Below, piece by piece: positions 11,983 to 22,244 of a stretch of 64,000 nt of DNA. The DNA lies in NCBI GenBank assembly GCA_002269645.1, contig NIVC01003577.1, positions 1-64,000 of the forward strand. The letters run 5' to 3'. The position numbers and the translations under genes were made by a program. Within the stretch, counting starts at the first letter, position 1, and each line of letters begins with the position of its first letter. This DNA comes from Macrostomum lignano. Lineage: Eukaryota. The notes below the pieces were generated by a model, which was not told the DNA's origin, ran no database searches, and worked only from the letters and a program-made list of their open reading frames with translations.

Positions 11983-12195
11983 TTCTCTCTCCACTTGTGT
12001 GGAGCGAAAAGAAGCGAAGGCCAAAAGGCCAGAACGCAAATGATTTTGGCCTCGAGTAATATTAGGGACATTGATATCAACGTCGGGCCAATATTTTCTC
12101 ATGTATTCGCTGCATTCTAGCTTGCATCGGTACTTGGATTTGTACAATGGATTAGGCTGAGTATAATAAGAACCTGGAGAGACAACTGGAAACAT
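11938..12195 (-). pseudogene. Small Tyr/Trp-rich Polinton ORF, 3-prime part deleted relative to copy 2
   Basis: MFPVVSPGSYYTQP...DINVPNI is shared with 30519-30761; the sequences diverge after PNI. Confidence 0.5.
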
Positions 12196-12414
12196 TTTTA
12201 TTAAGAATTTATTTTTTTCAAAGGGTAAGGACCCTGCGCTGATGATTTAAAGTCTTTGGGATTTGGTTTCGACGCTTCGCGTTGCGAATTGAATGTGGGG
12301 AGAAGAATGCAGATTATTTTCTGATTGTTTCGAAGATGCTATGGGTGGATTTGGAGCTGTTATGCTCAGAGCATAAACCCTCAGAGCATAACAGTAGGAC
12401 ACCTGTTGTGCTCT

Positions 12415-12630
12415 GATTCTGTCAGGGATAATATGGATGGATTTAATGGGATTATGGAGGATGTTTTGTGAGCGAGTGCGACCCCCCTTTTTTTCTGATT
12501 CTGTCGGGGATAATATAGATGGATTTAATGGGATTACGTTCAAAGTTTTTGGAGCAAGTGCGACCCCCCTTTTTTTCTGATTCTGTCGGGGATAATATAG
12601 ATGGATTTAATGGGATTATGGAGGACGTGA
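12415..12630. repeat. Three ~82-bp subterminal direct repeats of Polinton copy 1
   Basis: GATTCTGTC(G)GGGATAATAT.GATGGATTTAATGGGATTA units start at 12415, 12497 and 12579; the first two end in AGTGCGACCCCC. Confidence 0.85.
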
Positions 12631-13340
12631 AAAATTTTGTCCCAAAAGCCCCCTCATGCCTTCTACTCATCTGAGCCATGCTGCACAGCATGCATGTCGC
12701 CACCCAGACTCAAACAGCTTCATCAGGTGCGCACTGAGATTCCGATCAGACCCGATCTGCGGAGGCTGATGAGGCAGCAACGCTACAAGGCAGACCGCAG
12801 CGGCCCACCGGAAGAGCGAGTGGCGCTGCAGCTGCGTGAAGCACCTGAGAGGCTGCACAGGATGCAGAAGCAGAGTTGATGATGTTTATGGTTCGCCTAG
12901 AGCCAGCTATGTAATCACAGTTCAGCTTAGCCATTGCTGCAGCATTAAAATACTGTAAACAGTTGCCATGGCTTATCTGACTGCATCTCTTACTGGCACA
13001 AGAGTTGTCCAGCCTGCACTGTGCCTAAATTCACTCGTGGCTGCAGCTGATTAACTTTATGCCTGCAGCCTTAAGCTGAGGGTTCAGACCGAATGGATGC
13101 AGCAGAGACTGGGGATGGAGCTGCATTGAAGACCAGCCTCTGCTCTGCATCTTGCAGTCTCGCCCACCGAAATTCGAATTCTATACGGGATTTCTTGGGA
13201 GGTTTCTGTAATTCCCAGCGTCTCTCCTGCATCAGTCCGCAGCTTTGAGTCCTGTAGCTGCGTGGGTTAGAGCAAACCCCAGCTAAGTGTTGAAAATAAT
13301 GAGTGCTTTGTTTCCGAATATCTGAATTGCCGTTTTGTAT

Positions 13341-15456
13341 TGCTGCTCAGTGAGCTCAGTGAGATGGCATCAGCAGGAACTGGAGTATCTGAGTAAATAA
13401 ACAGTCCAACACATGCATTGCTGCTCAGTGAGCTCAGTGAGATGGCATCAGCAGGAACTGGAGTATCTGAGTAAATAAACAGCCCAACACATGCATTGCT
13501 GCTCAGTGAGCTCAGTGAGATGGCATCAGCAGGAACTGGAGTATCTGAGTAAATAAACAGTCCAACACATGCATTGCTGCTCAGTGAGCTCAGTGAGATG
13601 GCATCAGCAGGAACTGGAGTATCTGAGTAAATAAACAGTCCAACACATGCATTGCTGCTCAGTGAGCTCAGTGAGATGGCATCAGCAGGAACTGGAGTAT
13701 CTGAGTAAATAAACAGCCCAACACATGCATTGCTGCTCAGTGAGCTCAGTGAGATGGCATCAGCAGGAACTGGAGTATCTGAATAAATAAACAGTCCAAC
13801 ACATGCATTGCTGCTCAGTGAGCTCAGTGAGATGGCATCAGCAGGAACTGGAGTATCTGAGTAAATAAACAGTCCAACACATGCATTGCTGCTCAGTGAG
13901 CTCAGTGAGATGGCATCAGCAGGAACTGGAGTATCTGAGTAAATAAACAGCCCAACACATGCATTGCTGCTCAGTGAGCTCAGTGAGATGGCATCAGCAG
14001 GAACTGGAGTATCTGAGTAAATAAACAGTCCAACACATGCATTGCTGCTCAGTGAGCTCAGTGAGATGGCATCAGCAGGAACTGGAGTATCTGAGTAAAT
14101 AAACAGTCCAACACATGCATTGCTGCTCAGTGAGCTCAGTGAGATGGCATCAGCAGGAACTGGAGTATCTGAATAAATAAACAGTCCAACACATGCATTG
14201 CTGCTCAGTGAGCTCAGTGAGATGGCATCAGCAGGAACTGGAGTATCTGAGTAAATAAACAGTCCAACACATGCATTGCTGCTCAGTGAGCTCAGTGAGA
14301 TGGCATCAGCAGGAACTGGAGTATCTGAGTAAATAAACAGTCCAACACATGCATTGCTGCTCAGTGAGCTCAGTGAGATGGCATCAGCAGGAACTGGAGT
14401 ATCTGAGTAAATAAACAGTCCAACACATGCATTGCTGCTCAGTGAGCTCAGTGAGATGGCATCAGCAGGAACTGGAGTATCTGAGTAAATAAACAGCCCA
14501 ACACATGCATTGCTGCTCAGTGAGCTCAGTGAGATGGCATCAGCAGGAACTGGAGTATCTGAATAAATAAACAGTCCAACACATGCATTGCTGCTCAGTG
14601 AGCTCAGTGAGATGGCATCAGCAGGAACTGGAGTATCTGAGTAAATAAACAGTCCAACACATGCATTGCTGCTCAGTGAGCTCAGTGAGATGGCATCAGC
14701 AGGAACTGGAGTATCTGAGTAAATAAACAGTCCAACACATGCATTGCTGCTCAGTGAGCTCAGTGAGATGGCATCAGCAGGAACTGGAGTATCTGAGTAA
14801 ATAAACAGTCCAACACATGCATTGCTGCTCAGTGAGCTCTCAGTGAGATGGCATCAGCAGGAACTGGAGTATCTGAGTAAATAAACAGTCCAACACATGC
14901 ATTGCTGCTCAGTGAGCTCTCAGTGAGATGGCATCAGCAGGAACTGGAGTATCTTAGTAAATAAACAGCCCAACACATGCATTGCTGCTCAGTGAGCTCA
15001 GTGAGATGGCATCAGCAGGAACTGGAGTATCTGAATAAATAAACAGTCCAACACATGCATTGCTGCTCAGTGAGCTCAGTGAGATGGCATCAGCAGGAAC
15101 TGGAGTATCTGAGTAAATAAACAGTCCAACACATGCATTGCTGCTCAGTGAGCTCAGTGAGATGGCATCAGCACGAACTGGAGTATCTGAGTAAATAAAC
15201 AGTCCAACACATGCATTGCTGCTCAGTGAGCTCAGTGAGATGGCATCAGCAGGAACTGGAGTATCTGAATAAATAAACAGTCCAACACATGCATTGCTGC
15301 TCAGTGAGCTCAGTGAGATGGCATCAGCAGGAACTGGAGTATCTGAGTAAATAAACAGTCCAACACATGCATTGCTGCTCAGTGAGCTCAGTGAGATGGC
15401 ATCAGCAGGAACTGGAGTATCTGAGTAAATAAACAGCCCAACACATGCATTGCTGC
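13341..15456. repeat. 78-bp tandem satellite, ~27 near-identical copies
   Basis: Unit TGCTGCTCAGTGAGCTCAGTGAGATGGCATCAGCAGGAACTGGAGTATCTGAGTAAATAAACAGTCCAACACATGCAT; first two starts at 13341 and 13419. Confidence 0.97.
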
Positions 15457-16186
15457 TTACAAATTCAGCTCAGAGAAGAAAGCTGGAAATTCAAACCAAC
15501 AAGAACTCAAAAGAACAAAATCATCAAAGCAAACAACCGGCCTGTAGTTTCCATGACAACGGGGAAAGAAAATTTGGCAAGCAGAAAAAAGCTATTGAGC
15601 TGAGCAGAGGATTCTCAATTGAAACTTCAGTAATCAAACTGGCTGTGCAATCTGCACATGAAAATTGTTATTATTGGTGGCAATACTATTATTTTTGAAA
15701 AATAAGCACACGTTGTTCCAGTTAGTGAATGAAAACTTCTACATTACGGAAAAGAAATCAAAATCTGATACGCAGAGTATTTGAGCCAGTTTTTATTGGT
15801 ACTGATATAAAGGCCCAGGGATGCTGCATTCTGTCTGATGAATTTTCGGTGTCTTCATCTTCCAGACTTATTAGGAAATTAGCATTGTTAAAATTCAACA
15901 TTTTATTGAGGATTTTCTGTTTAAGTTTATCACTGGGAGCACTATAAAACAGGAGCTGAACTTCGATTTCCACCCCACACGGCACTTTGGGCAGGTCCCG
16001 TTCTCCTAAGGCATCTTTGGTCTCGCAGTCCTCATCGTTTCGCAGGCCAGTTTATGGTTTTCTAATCTGAACTGAGACAGGGTGCACTTTAATTCTGGGT
16101 TGGAAATTTCAACCCAGACAGTACATGCTTTTCGGTTGACCAGTACCATTTGAAACTGTAGTAAAATTGACTCAGCTTTGCAGAGC

Positions 16187-16594
16187 TCTACTCTTTGTCT
16201 ACTCTTTCTCTACTCTTTATCTACTCTTTGTCTACTCTTTGTCTACTCTTTGTCTACTCTATCTCTACTTTTTATCTACTCTTTGTCTACTCTTTGTCTA
16301 CCCCGTGTCTACTCCGTCTACTAGTTGTCTACTCTTTGTCTACGCTTTGTCTACTCTTTCTCTTCTCTTTGTCTACTATTTGTCGACTCTTTGTCTACTC
16401 TATGTCTACTATTTGTCGACTCTTTGTCTACTCTTTGTCTACTCTTTGTCTACTCTTTGTCTACTCTTTGTCTACTCTTTGTCTACTATTTGTCTACTCC
16501 TTGTCTACCCGTGTCTACTCCGTCTACTATTTGTCTACTCTTTGTCTACGCTTTGTCTACGCTTTGTCTACTCTTTGTCTACTCTTTGTCTACT
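16187..16594. repeat. 11-bp minisatellite (GTCTACTCTTT)n
   Basis: Direct reading; accounts for the spurious ORFs at 16167-16664. Confidence 0.95.
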
Positions 16595-16778
16595 TCTTGC
16601 AATTTCTAATTTAAAACTCAGGCACTGCCAGTTTTCTGGCTATCTTGTAGAATTATCATGTTAGTGAAGAAAAAAGTTTCTAAAAATTGCTCATACAAAG
16701 CTGACTGCAGAGAGTTCCAAGGTAAATCTAAGCTAAGTAGCCATTTTCGCCATCGAAGAGCGCTCTGACCGGTTTCTC

Positions 16779-19700
16779 TCATTTCCTTACACCGAAAAGC
16801 GAGCCCAGCAATCGCGTTTTCAGCTTCCCACCCGTCAGAAACTCGTGCTCCAGCAGCTCCCCTGCTGACTTTCTCTTCCTGCGGTCCTTGGTGGTGCAGC
16901 GGCTGTAGAAGTCCTGCAGCTCTGCGGACCGGCCGTCCGGCAGGGCGGGGGCGCCCCTCCTGTCGATCAGCTGGGCCATTTCTAAGAAGCTCCTGGCGTT
17001 CGCGAACGGCCTCGCGCCGGACGCCATCTGGAAGACCGAGCAGCCGAACGCCCAGATGTCCGACTCTCTGCTGTACTGCACGCTGTCGCTCTCCGACTGT
17101 CCCGCTCCGAGCAGCTCTGGCGCCATGAAGTTCAGAGTGCCTTTGGGAAACGGAGTGGAGCCTGAGATGTGGCTGACTGACTGCTCCAGCTTAATTGACA
17201 GGCCGAAGTCGATCAGCTTGATTCGGGTCTTGTCAGCACGAACAATTATGTTGGAGCAGTTGATGTCTCTGTGGATCACGGGCGGCTGCTGGCTGTGCAG
17301 GTAGAGCAGCGCGCTGCAGATCTGCGAGCGGTCGGTCAGTGAGCAGTCATCATTCATGAAAACATGGAACAGGAGCATCAAGGATGCACAATGCTCACCT
17401 GCTCGCTGAAGTCTCGAATCTTTGGCTCGTCCAGCGGCTTGTTGCCGATAAACCTCTCCAAGCTTCGGCCGTCCAGCAGCTCCATGAACACAACGACTTT
17501 GGCGGGCTTCGGCTGAGCGATGTGCAAGAACCTGACGATGTTGGGATGCCGCAGTCGGCACAGGTTTCTCTCGCTCTCGACAGCTCTGTGGATCTCCTTG
17601 CTCACAGGGGTTTGGTCATCACCGAGCTGCACAGGCAGTTTGAGAGTCTTGGCAGCGCATGTGACGCCCGTGTCAGTTCGAACTTCGTGGACTTTGCCAG
17701 AGCCTCCGCGACCGATGAGGCGAACTTTGTCCCAGCGCTCCAGGAACGGGGGGCTGAGGGGATGCGAATTGAGGCAATGAGGGATAATTAGCATGATCTA
17801 GCTGTGTGCTGTAGCTGTGTGTGCTGTAGCTGTGTGCTGTAGCTGTGTGTGCTGTAGCTGTGTGCTGTAGCTGTGTGTGCTGTAGCTGTGTGCTGTAGCT
17901 GTGTGTGCTGTAGCTGTGTGCTGTAGCTGTGTGTGCTGTAGCTGTGTGCTGTAGCTGTGTGTGCTGTAGCTGTGTGCTGTAGCTGTGTGTGCTGTAGCTG
18001 TGTGCTGTAGCTGTGTGTGCTGTAGCTGTGTGCTGTAGCTGTGTGTGCTGTAGCTGTGTGCTGTAGCTGTGTGTGCTGTAGCTGTGTGCTGTAGCTGTGT
18101 GTGCTGTAGCTGTGTGTGCTGTAGCTGTGTGTGCTGGAGCTGTGTGCTGTAGCTGTGTGCTGTAGCTGTGTGTGCTGTAGCTGTGTGTGCTGTAGCTGTG
18201 TGTGCTGTAGCTGTGTGCTGTAGCTGTGTGTGCTGTAGCTGTGTGCTGTAGCTGTGTGTGCTGTAGCTGTGTGCTGTAGCTGTGTGTGCTGTAGCTGTGT
18301 GCTGTAGCTGTGTGTGCTGTAGCTGTGTGTGCTGTAGCTGTGTGTGCTGGAGCTGTGTGCTGTAGCTGTGTGCTGTAGCTGTGTGCTGTAGCTGTGTGCT
18401 GTAGCTGTGTGCTGTAGCTGTGTGTGCTGTAGCTGTGTGTGCTGTAGCTGTGTGCTGTAGCTGTGTGTGCTGTAGCTGTATGCTGTAGCTGTGTGTGCTG
18501 TAGCTGTGTGCTGTAGCTGTGTGCTGTAGCTGTGTGTGCTGTAGCTGTGTGCTGTAGCTGTGTGTGCTGTAGCTGTGTGTGCTGAAGGAACTCACGGGAG
18601 TGCCAGAGGCTCGTTGAAGTAAATCTTGCCGCCGTACCTAAGTAGGCAGTGCGGAGTTTAAAGTTAGAGGAATTCAGGTTAAAGATCATGCTCTGTGCTT
18701 CATTTCTTCCTTTTGCTTAAATTACCTATGAAATTAAATTTTAAATTAAATTACCTATGCAAACTTCCTCAATGAAGCTCAGTCAGTGTCTGCTGCCCAT
18801 TTAAACTACAAAAATGTAAAAATGCCCACTCTGAGCAACTGCAGTCAGCTGCTCAATATTCAATCATAAATTACAGCATAATTTTTATCAATGATAAATC
18901 AAAGTCACAGAGACATTCTCAGTCGCCATGGAAACTCACCCACGCAGCAGCTCAGCCAGTTCGCTCTTTCCCTCCTGTGTGGCCAAATCCAGCGCAGTCC
19001 TGCCCGGCATGTCCTTCAGGCTCCAATCCGCCCCTGAGTCCAGCAGAACCCGACCGAATGCGGCGGCGGTGGTGGGGGGCGCAAAGGCTGCCGCCATGAG
19101 GGGCGTAAAGTCACACAGATCTTCCCTGACATTGGCGGAGGCTCCGGCAGCCAGCAGAGCGGAGGCTGCAGCAGAGTTTCCAGGTCCGGCTGCATGGTGC
19201 AGGCAAATTTCAGCCCGTGTATCAGCACATGTGGGATCACCCAGCTGCACCAGCTGCTCCCACAGAGCCTCATCACCGCACGAGCTGTTGTGAGCTGCCA
19301 ACATCAACGCGGTGTAACCATCTCTGTCAGGCAGGTCGCAGCTGCCGCGGGTCGCCGCTCGCCGCAGCCCCGCCGAGTCGCCCGCCTCGGCCAGCTGCTG
19401 CAGTTCCTGTCGATCCGCCTCCTCCTGCAAAGGCGAGCGGGAAATTTGAGCACAGCTGCTCAGCTGCAGCCGCATCGGCACCGCAGATTCCGCTCACCTG
19501 GGCTGTCAGGCCGAAGATCCTGCCACCTTTGCTCACAACCAGCCGCATCTCCCTGCAACAGCCAAAATGAGCAGCAAATTTTTCTAAAATATTACAACTT
19601 TGACAGCCATTAAAAAGTTTATAGTTCTACAATAGAATTTTGGTAATAAATTTAGATAACTGAATTTCCTGATTATCTGAGCAGCTCGCAGATGGAGTTT

Positions 19701-21372
19701 CCAAGAAGACTGCAGCAGCTCTGCAACAATCAGCATTGGCGAGAGCGCATCCGACTTCTCACACGCAGCTCTTTTCCATTTCTGCAGCATGAGTTTCCTT
19801 CCATCTCACAATGTCTCACAAAGCACTCACGCACAGCCTCCCAGTTCTCCATCTGCAGCTCAACCTACACACTCTCACTGCACACCGAGGCCCTATAGCT
19901 TCCATTCTCGACTGAGATCAACCGGCACCCCATTGGCTAGGAGGCAGCCAGCCAATCACAGCTCTCGTCCATCAAGCAGTCAGACAGAGACAAGTTCAGC
20001 TGACTGGCTCTGATTGGCTGGCCTGAGACTGCAGCTCTGGCCACCATAGCCAGCCGAATGCTGCAAAACTTGATGGACACAGCAGCGAACTGCTCACTCA
20101 CCGCTCGATGTAGCTGGCCAGCTCTGAGTGGCCGCTGAGCCTCGCCAGGTCTGACGCCGTCCGACCCTCGCGATCCTTCAGTCTGAGCAGCCGCGATCTC
20201 TTCGAGTTTTCGTGCTCCTTGCACTCGTTAAACCTTCTCTGCCTGAGCAGGTGCAGCAGGTGCTTGGCGCATCTCCAGCTTCCAGTCCGCGCCGCCTCCA
20301 TCAGCGGAGTGGCGCCGTTGTCGTTCCGCAGCCACTTCGCATCGAACGATAGCAGCGTCAGCAGCCGCAGGTGGTCCCGCCGGGCTGCCAGGTGCGCAGC
20401 CGTGTCGCCGTTCGCGTCAGCCGCCTTGGGGTTCGCGCCCAGCTCAAATAAGTACAATATGCACTTTTCAGTGTGCACGGGAGTCTCAGGAGCGTCGGCC
20501 ACCAGCATGAGGACGGTCCGACGAGCTGCATCAGCGCTGGTGACCAGCTGGCGCGTTGCCAGCCGCCGCACCTGGCCGAAGTCACCTTGGATGACGTCGT
20601 GAGCGAGAGTCTGGAGATCGGCTGGTGAGGATCCGACGCTTGCCCGGTTGCTGGGGTCCGGCTGAGCGAGTTCCTGCAACTGCAATTGAGGCACTCAAGC
20701 TTCTCATTCAAACATGTGAGTGAGTTCCTGAAACTGCAATTGAGGCACCCAAGCTGCACATTCAAACATGTGAGTGAGTTCCTGCAACTGCAATTGAGGC
20801 ACCCAAGCTGCACATTCAAACATGTGAGTGAGTTCCTGCCACTGCAATTGAGGCACCCGAGCTGCACATTCAAACATGTGAGTGAGTTGCTGCAACTGCA
20901 ATTGAGGCACCCAAGCTGCACATTCAAACATGTGAGTGAGTTCCTGAAACTGCAATTGAGGCACCCAAGCTGCACATTTAAACATGTCAGAGAGTTCCTG
21001 CAACTGCAATTGAGACACCCAAGTTGCACATTCAAACATGTGAGTGAGTTCCTGCAACTGCAATTGAGGCACCCAAGCTGCACATTCAAACATGTGAGTG
21101 AGTTCCTGCAACTGCAATTGTGGCACCCAAGCTGCACATTCAAACATGTGAGTGAGGTACTGCAACTGCAATTGAGGCACCCAAGCTGCACATTCAAACA
21201 TGTGAGTGAGGTACTGCAACTGCAATTGTGGCACCCAAGCTGCACATTCAAACATGTGAGTGAGTTTCCGCAACTGCAGTCAAGACTACAAATATGATTA
21301 TACTTTTAGTTTTCTTACTTGAACTTTACTTACTTTTTTGTTAGGAAATGGTGGCTTCCCTCGCTCTGCCAT
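16779..21372 (-). CDS. Ankyrin-repeat + Ser/Thr protein kinase gene; exons 21372-21334, 20679(or 20673)-20102, 19552-19498, 19424-18940, 18637-18596, 17753-17399, 17321-16779 (3-prime end uncertain)
   Basis: All six introns are GT..AG with matching phases (0,2,0,2,2,0). Ankyrin motifs GDTAAHLAA, GATPLMEAA, GYTALMLAA, FTPLMAAA, GRTALDLA. Kinase motifs GRGGSGKV, AAK, HPNIVRF, HRDINCSN, DFG, GTLNFMAPE, SDIWAFG. Confidence 0.85.
17801..18583. repeat. 11/13-bp minisatellite GCTGTAGCTGT(GT) filling an intron
   Basis: Lies between the donor at 18595 and the acceptor at 17754 of the ANK-kinase gene. Confidence 0.95.
20680..21273 (-). repeat. 54-bp tandem array (11 units) in intron 1 of the ANK-kinase gene
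   Basis: Minus-strand unit TTGCAGGAACTCACTCACATGTTTGAATGTGCAGCTTGGGTGCCTCAATTGCAG; 594 bp = 11 x 54. Confidence 0.95.
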
Positions 21373-21390
21373 GGCAGCAAGCTCAGTCCG

Positions 21391-21716
21391 TCAGCCGCAG
21401 GTGTCTCAGCTCAGTCGCAGGTGTCTCAGCTCAGTCGCAGGTGTCTCAGCTCAGTCGCAGGTGTCTCAGCTCAGTCGCAGGTGTCTCAGCTCAGTCGCAG
21501 GTGTCTCAGCTCAGTCGCAGGTGTCTCAGCTCAGTCGCAGGTGTCTCAGCTCAGTCGCAGGTGTCTCAGCTCAGTCGCAGGTGTCTCAGCTCAGTCGCAG
21601 GTGTCTCAGCTCAGTCGCAGGTGTCTCAGCTCAGTCGCAGGTGTCTCAGCTCAGCCGCAGGTGTCTCAGCTCAGTCGCAGGTGTCTCAGCTCAGCCGCAG
21701 GTGTCTCAGCTCAGCC
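21391..21716. repeat. 20-bp tandem array (GTGTCTCAGCTCAGTCGCAG, ~16 units) just upstream of the ANK-kinase ATG
   Basis: Direct reading. Confidence 0.95.
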
Positions 21717-22074
21717 CGAGAGTCCGGCAGGGCAGCGGGCGCCTCTGCAGCAGATTTTATTGGCCCTGGAGCAGCTGCAGCGAGTTCCTTCTCACCCTGC
21801 CTGCTCAGATTGCGGCTGCTTTTGCTGGCTTGTGCGGCCGCCTCTGCCCAGCTTTCTGCCTCTCCCATTGGCTCTGAGGGAGCAGCAGAACTGCCGCAAT
21901 GTCAGTGCGTGGCTACTAAAAGCAGTCAGTGCGCGACTGCGGATTCTCTTGCAAAACGGATGCAAACAAAATTCCAAAAAAGAATAATATTTTTTTGCAA
22001 GCCAACTCCATTTATTGATTTCGAATTTCGAATTAGAAACTTATTTTTTGTGGTGAATCAGATTAGTGCAAACA

Positions 22075-22244
22075 TGTGACGGTGGACTTTTCTTTGTGCC
22101 ACCCCATTTTTGATAAGTCTATAAATACGCTCGTAGACCTGGTGCACGCCAGAGGGCGATACTTGTTTTCTTGGTTTTGGCTCAGTTAGGAGCCTTGGAC
22201 AATCAATATCATTCTTACGAGTATTTATTTACAAGAATGCAACA
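22075..22244 (+). repeat. 5-prime LTR (170 bp)
   Basis: TGTGAC...TGCAACA; identical to the 3-prime LTR except two short insertions and one substitution; TATA-like CTATAAATA. Confidence 0.95.

Larger units (their letters stand above)
1..12667. mobile_element. Polinton/Maverick (adintovirus-like) element, copy 1; left part lies outside the window, right end approximate (12630-12667)
   Basis: Compact, AT-rich, intronless cluster of MCP, ATPase, adenain protease, pPolB, pX-like, rve integrase and PLA2 ORFs. Closely similar to the second copy at 23219-30995. Confidence 0.95.

Noticed and set aside
3016-12667. AGTAGAA (3016-3022) and TTCTACT (12661-12667) as the TIRs of a 9.6-kb element
   Set aside because: The match is only 7 bp, there is no flanking TSD (AGGACT vs CATCTG), and Polinton genes continue to the left of 3016.
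12637-12934. ORFs just right of the Polinton end as further viral genes
   Set aside because: They have host-like GC content, lack the viral A-run start context, and have no counterpart in copy 2.
13341-15456. 78-bp array as a CRISPR array
   Set aside because: The units are fully repeated with no unique spacers, there are no cas genes, and the context is eukaryotic.
16167-18689. Long ORFs 16167-16664 and 17673-18689
   Set aside because: They are translations of 11/13-bp minisatellites; the second lies within an intron.
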